Part shown: positions 59,572 through 64,000 of the stretch, piece after piece
Position numbering within the stretch: the stretch's first letter is position 1
Layout of the letters: the number at the start of each line of letters is the position of its first letter
From: the human T2T-CHM13v2.0 reference genome, Homo sapiens
Direction: 5' to 3' (one strand)
NCBI RefSeq assembly: GCF_009914755.1
Contig: NC_060928.1
Length of the DNA stretch: 64,000 bases
The notes under the pieces: generated by a model
The model's database searches: none
Told to the model about the DNA's origin: nothing
Seen by the model: the letters and a program-made list of their open reading frames with translations, nothing else
Translations under genes and position numbers: made by a program

Positions 59572-60609
59572 ATGGGCAACCTTCCACCCTCCATTCCTCC
59601 TTCTTCTCCCTTAGCCTGTGTGCTCAAGAACTTAAAACCTCTTCAACTCACACCTGACCTAAAACCTAAATGCCTTATTTTCTTCTGCAACACTGCTTGG
59701 CCCCAATACAAACTTGACAATGGCTCTAAATGGCCAGAAAACGGCACTTTCGATTTCTCCATCCTACAAGACCTAAATAATTTTTGTCGAAAAATGGGCA
59801 AATGGTCTGAGGTGCCTTACGTCCAGGCATTTTTCACACTTCATTCCCTCCCTAGCCTCTGTTCCCAATGTGATTCCTCCCAGATCCTCCTTCTTTCCCT
59901 CCTGCCTGTCCCCTCAGTCCCAACCCCAAGCATCGCTGAGTCTTCCCAGTCTTCCTTTTCTACAGACCCATCTGACCTTTCCCCTCCTCCCCAAGCTGCT
60001 CGTCACCAGACCGAGCTAACTCCCGATACTTCCTCAGCCTCCACTCCTCCACCCTATAATCCTTCTATCACCTCCCCTCCTCACACCTGGTCCGGCTTAC
60101 AGTTTAGTTCCGCGACTAGCTCTTCCCCACCTGCCCAACAATTTCCTCTTAGAGAGGTGGCTGGAGCTGAAGGCATAGTCAGGGTACATGTACCTTTTTC
60201 TCTATCAGACCTCTCTCAGATCAGTCAACGTTTAGGCTCTTTCTCATCAGACCCCACTAAATATATACAGGAATTCCAATATCTAACTCTGTCCTACAAC
60301 TTAACCTGGAGTAACTTAAATGTCATCCTGACTTCTACCCTCTCCCCAGATGAACAGGAAAGAGTTTTTTCTCTAGCCCAATCTCATGCTGATAACCACC
60401 GGCTTCATGAGCCAGACCTCCAGGAAGGCATTAGAGCAGTTCCCTGAGAGGATCCCCAATGGAACCACCAGGCAAATTTCCCAGGGACCCACTGGAAATC
60501 AGACTGCCCAGCTCGCCCGGGAGCCACTCCTAGAGCCCCTAAAGCTCTAGCCCAAGGCTCTCTGACTGACTCCTTCCCAGATCTGCTTGGCTTAGTGACT
60601 GAAGATTGA
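59572..60609 (+). pseudogene. gag: HERV-H gag: 291-aa open N-terminal part, TGA at 60445-60447, in-frame internal deletion at ~60484
   Basis: MGNLPPSIPPSSPLACVLKN..LIFFCNTAWPQYKL..WPENGTFD..PPPY..VHVPFSLSDL; downstream EDPQWN..PG/THWKSDCP..LLGLVTED*. Confidence 0.9.
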
Positions 60610-60957
60610 CGCTGCCCGATCGCCTCGGAAGCCCCCTGGACCATCACAGATGCCGAGCTTTGGGTAACTCTCACAGTGGAGGATCCCCAGCCATATGAAG
60701 ACACCCTAGCTGTACGATCAGTTCTTGTTAAGAATCTGACCCCTCAAACTCTACAACCTCGATGAGCCGGATCCTACTTAGTCATCTATAGTACCCCGAC
60801 TGCCGTCCGCCTGCAGGATCCTCCCCACTTGGTTCACCGTTCCAGAATAAAGCTGTGTCCATCGGACAGCCAGCCTAATCCCTCCTCTTCCTCCTGGAAG
60901 TCGCAAGTACTCTCCCCTACTTCCCTTAAACTCACTCGTATTTCTGAAGAACAGTAA
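60610..60957 (+). pseudogene. pol: Fused remnant: first codons of pro joined to the integrase C-terminus
   Basis: ..WVTLTVE|DPQPYEDTLA..VLVKNL..LQPR*AGSYLVIYSTPTAVRL..VHRSRIK (GPY/F-like integrase tail); no DTG or YxDD motif present. Confidence 0.8.
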
Positions 60958-61252
60958 TAACTCTTATGAGCCTAATACATCCCTTCATTCTATTAGGTCT
61001 TTTCGTCCTTACCCTACATTTTGCAACAGGGCTTTATGAAGCCACCCCCACCACTTAGGCTGAGCCCCAAAAAACTAGTCATCCCTACTATCTTCTGTCC
61101 GGTCATACTCCTATTCTCCATTCTCAACTACTTATAAATGCCCTACTCCTGTTTACACTGCTGGTTTACACTGTTTCTTCAAACCATCACAGCTGATATC
61201 TCTTGGTGCTATCCCCAAACTGCCACTCTTAACTCCCTCTTAGAGTGGGTAG

Positions 61253-63006
61253 ATGATCTTTGCTGGCAAGGCACTCTCCAATACTTCCACCCTGATGAAG
61301 TTCTATTCTTTACTTTTTACTCACTCTTATTCTCATTCCCATTCTTATGCCACCCTCTACCTCTCCCCAGCTATCTCCACCACACTATCAACCTTACCCA
61401 TTCTCTCCTAGCCGCTTCTAATCCCTCCTTGGCGAACAACTGCTGGCTTTGCATGTCTCTTTCTTCCAGTGCCTACACAGCTGTCCCCGCCTTACAGACA
61501 GACTGGGCAACACCTCCCGTCTCCCTACACCTCTGAACTTCCTTTAACAGCCCTCACCTTTACCCTCCTGAAGAACTCATTTACTTCCTAGACAGGTCCA
61601 GCAAGACTTCCCCAGACATTTCACATCAGCAAGCTGCCGCCCTCCTTCGCAATTATTTAAAAAACCTTTCTCCTTATATTAACTCTACTCCCCCCATATT
61701 TGGACCTCTCACAACAAAAACTACTATTCCTGTGGCTGCTCCTTTATGTATCTCTCGGCAAAGACCCACTGGAATTCCCCTAGGTAATTTTTCACCTTCT
61801 CGATGTTCCTTTACTCTTCATCTCCGAAGTCCAACTACACACATCACTGAAATAATTGGAGCCTTCCAGCTCCATATTACAGACAAGCCCTCTATCAATA
61901 CTGACAAACTTAAAAACATTAACAGTAATTATTGCCTAGGAAGACACTTGCCCTGTATTTCGCTCCATCCTTGGCTACCTTCCCCTTGCTCATCAGACTC
62001 TCCTCCCAGGCCCTCTTCTTGTTTACTTATACCCAGCCCCAAAAATAACAGTGAAAGTTTGCTCATAGATACTCAACGTTTTCTCATACACCATGAAAAA
62101 TGAACCTCACCCTCTATGCAGTTACCCCATCAGTCCCCATTACAATCTCTGACAGCTGCTGCCTTAGCTGGATCCCTAGGAGTCTGGGTACAAGACACCC
62201 CTTTCAGCACTCCTTCTCATCTTTTTACTTTACATCTCCAGTTTTGCCTCACACAAGGTCTGTTCTTCCTCTGTGGATCCTCTACCTACATGTGTCTACC
62301 TGCTAATTGGACAGGCACATGCACACTAGTCTTCCTTACCCCCAAAATTCAATTTGCAATTGGGACCAAAGAGCTCCCTGTTCCCCTCATGACAGTGACA
62401 CGACAAAAAAGAGTTATTCCACTAATTCCCTTGCTGGTCGGTTTAGGACTTTCTGCCTCCACTATTGCTCTCGGTACTGGAATAGCAGGCATTTCAACCT
62501 CTGTCACGACCTTCCATAGCCTCTCTAATGACTTCTCTGCTAGCATCACAGACATATCACAAACTTTATCAGTCCTCCAGGCCCAAGTTGACTCTTTAGC
62601 TGCAGTTGTCCTCCAAAACCGCCGAGGCCTTGACTTACTTACTGCTTAAAGAGGAGGACTCTGCATATTCTTAAATGAGGAGTGTTGTTTTTACCTAAAT
62701 CAATCTGGCCTGGTGTATGACAACATAAAAAAATTCAAGGATAGAGCCCAAAAACTTACCAACCAAGCAAGTAATTTCACTGAACCCCCTTGGGCACTCC
62801 CTAATTGGGTGTCCTGGGTCCTCCCAATTCTTAGTCCTTTAATACCCATTTTTCTCCTCCTTTTATTCAGACCTTGTATCTTCTGTTTAGCTTCTCAATT
62901 CATCCAAAACCATATCCAGGCCATCACCAATCATTCTATACGACAAATGTTTCTTCTAACATCCCCACAATATCACCCCTTACCACAAGACCTCCCTTCA
63001 ACTTAA
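61253..63006 (+). pseudogene. env: HERV-H env, full length (584-codon equivalent) with one 1-bp frameshift and three stops
   Basis: MIFAGKA start; frameshift ~61318; CWLC motif; furin site RQKR; ISD LQNRRGLDLLTA; CX6CC; TM helix; stops at 61534, 62101, 62647. Confidence 0.93.
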
Positions 63007-63154
63007 TCTCTCCCACTCTAGGTTCCCACGCCGTCCCAATCCTGCTTGAAGCAGCCCTGAGAAACATCGCCCATTCTCTCTCCATACCAACCCCCAAAAA
63101 TTTTCGCCGCTCCAACGCTTCAATGCTATTTTGTTTTATTTGTCTTATTAATAT

Positions 63155-63167
63155 AAGAAGGCAGGAA
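63155..63167 (+). other. Polypurine tract
   Basis: aagaaggcaggaa immediately before the 3' LTR. Confidence 0.85.
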
Positions 63168-63637
63168 TGTCAGGCCTCTGAGCCCAGGCCAGGCCATCGC
63201 ATCCTGTGACTTGCACGTATACATCCAGATGGCCTGAAGTAACTGAAGATCCACAAAAGAAGTAAAAACAGCCTTAACTGATGACATTCCACGACTGTGA
63301 TTTGTTCCTGCCCCACCCTAACTGATCAATGTACTTTGTAATCTCCCCCACCCTTAAGAAGGGACTTTGTAGTCTCCCCCACCCTTAAGAAGGTTCTTTG
63401 TAATTCTCCCCACCCTTGAGAATGTACTTCGTGAGATCCACCCCTGCCCACCAGAGAACAACCCCCTTTGACTGTAATTTTCCATTACCTTCCCAAATCC
63501 TATAAAATGGCCCCACCCCTATCTCCCTTCGCTGACTGTCTTTTCGGACTCAGCCCACCTGCACCCAGGTGAAATAAACAGCTTTGTTGCTCACACAAAG
63601 CCTGTTTGGTGGTCTCTTCACACGGATGCGTATGAAA
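63168..63637 (+). promoter_or_regulatory. LTR7: 3' LTR7 (LTR7Y-like), 470 bp
   Basis: Near-identical copy of 58247-58717. Confidence 0.92.
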
Positions 63638-63662
63638 GGGCCCAAGATGTTTTCCTTTCACA

Positions 63663-64000
63663 TTTCACCCTTTATTTTTTAAAATCTTCTGGAGAAAGAA
63701 TTTTAGAAGAAAATGAGTATTTGGACCCAGGTTTCATCTGATCTCTTATGGTTAGGATGGTTTATTCCTAGACAGGTAAGTCCCAAGTTATTAGGAAGGC
63801 TCATTTTTAGAAGGTTGTGAAGTCTCATGCCTTATGAAGAGAAAATAGGAGGAAGAAAGGAGAAAAAACAACAAGAAACAAAAGAAAAATCCTAGAAAAG
63901 TGATATAGGCCACATTACTTTGAAGTTCACATATCAATATGCAGGTATGAAAGTGGCTTGTGTGTGTAAATAGTTTGCTGTTATATCCTTCTGAAGTTTA
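63663..64000 (-). mobile_element. MER4 internal region (3' end), running out of the window
   Basis: Pyrimidine tract tttcaccctttattt (PPT on the minus strand) directly adjoins the LTR's TG start. Confidence 0.7.

Larger units (their letters stand above)
58247..63637 (+). mobile_element. HERV-H: HERV-H provirus, 5.39 kb, internally deleted, env retained
   Basis: Two LTRs, His PBS, gag/pro/int remnants, env, PPT, 5-bp TSD gggcc (58242-58246, 63638-63642). Confidence 0.97.
57837..63662 (-). mobile_element. MER4A-type LTR split by HERV-H (57837-58246 and 63643-63662)
   Basis: Joined empty site reads ttttagcttagtgattttggggcccaagatgttttcctttcaca, the reverse complement of the MER4 start TGTGAAAGGAAAA..CTTGGGCCCCAAAATCACTAAGCTAAA. 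Confidence 0.85.

Noticed and set aside
58549-59614. 309-aa and overlapping ORFs across the LTR and leader
   Set aside because: They have non-ATG starts and run through LTR, PBS and C/T-rich tandem repeats that are poor in stop codons; there is no recognisable domain.

Overview
Repeat-dense, AT-rich human genomic DNA, intergenic or deep intronic. I can support no host exon, RNA gene or CRISPR array. Human origin is inferred from a full-length L1HS of the Ta subfamily. Main contents: (1) A full-length L1HS Ta-0 (10645-16685) with intact ORF1 and ORF0, an ORF2 broken by two in-frame stops, and no canonical poly(A) signal. It carries a ~180 bp 3' transduction inside a perfect 17-bp TSD. (2) A 5.4-kb HERV-H provirus with LTR7Y-like LTRs, a His PBS and a 5-bp TSD. 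It keeps a full-length but mutated env, and lacks most of pro-pol and part of gag at junctions that look like spliced exon-exon joins. It is nested in a MER4 LTR, which is nested in a THE1 LTR. (3) A 3'-truncated, tail-less older L1PA flanked by an 11-bp TSD. (4) A twin-primed (5'-inverted) L1 carrying an LTR22 solo LTR. (5) Many older L1M, Alu, MaLR, MLT2, MIR and L2 pieces and AT microsatellites. I found no new biological system; the notable items are unusual retrotransposition products. Subfamily names come from recalled consensus sequences and need RepeatMasker/Dfam confirmation.
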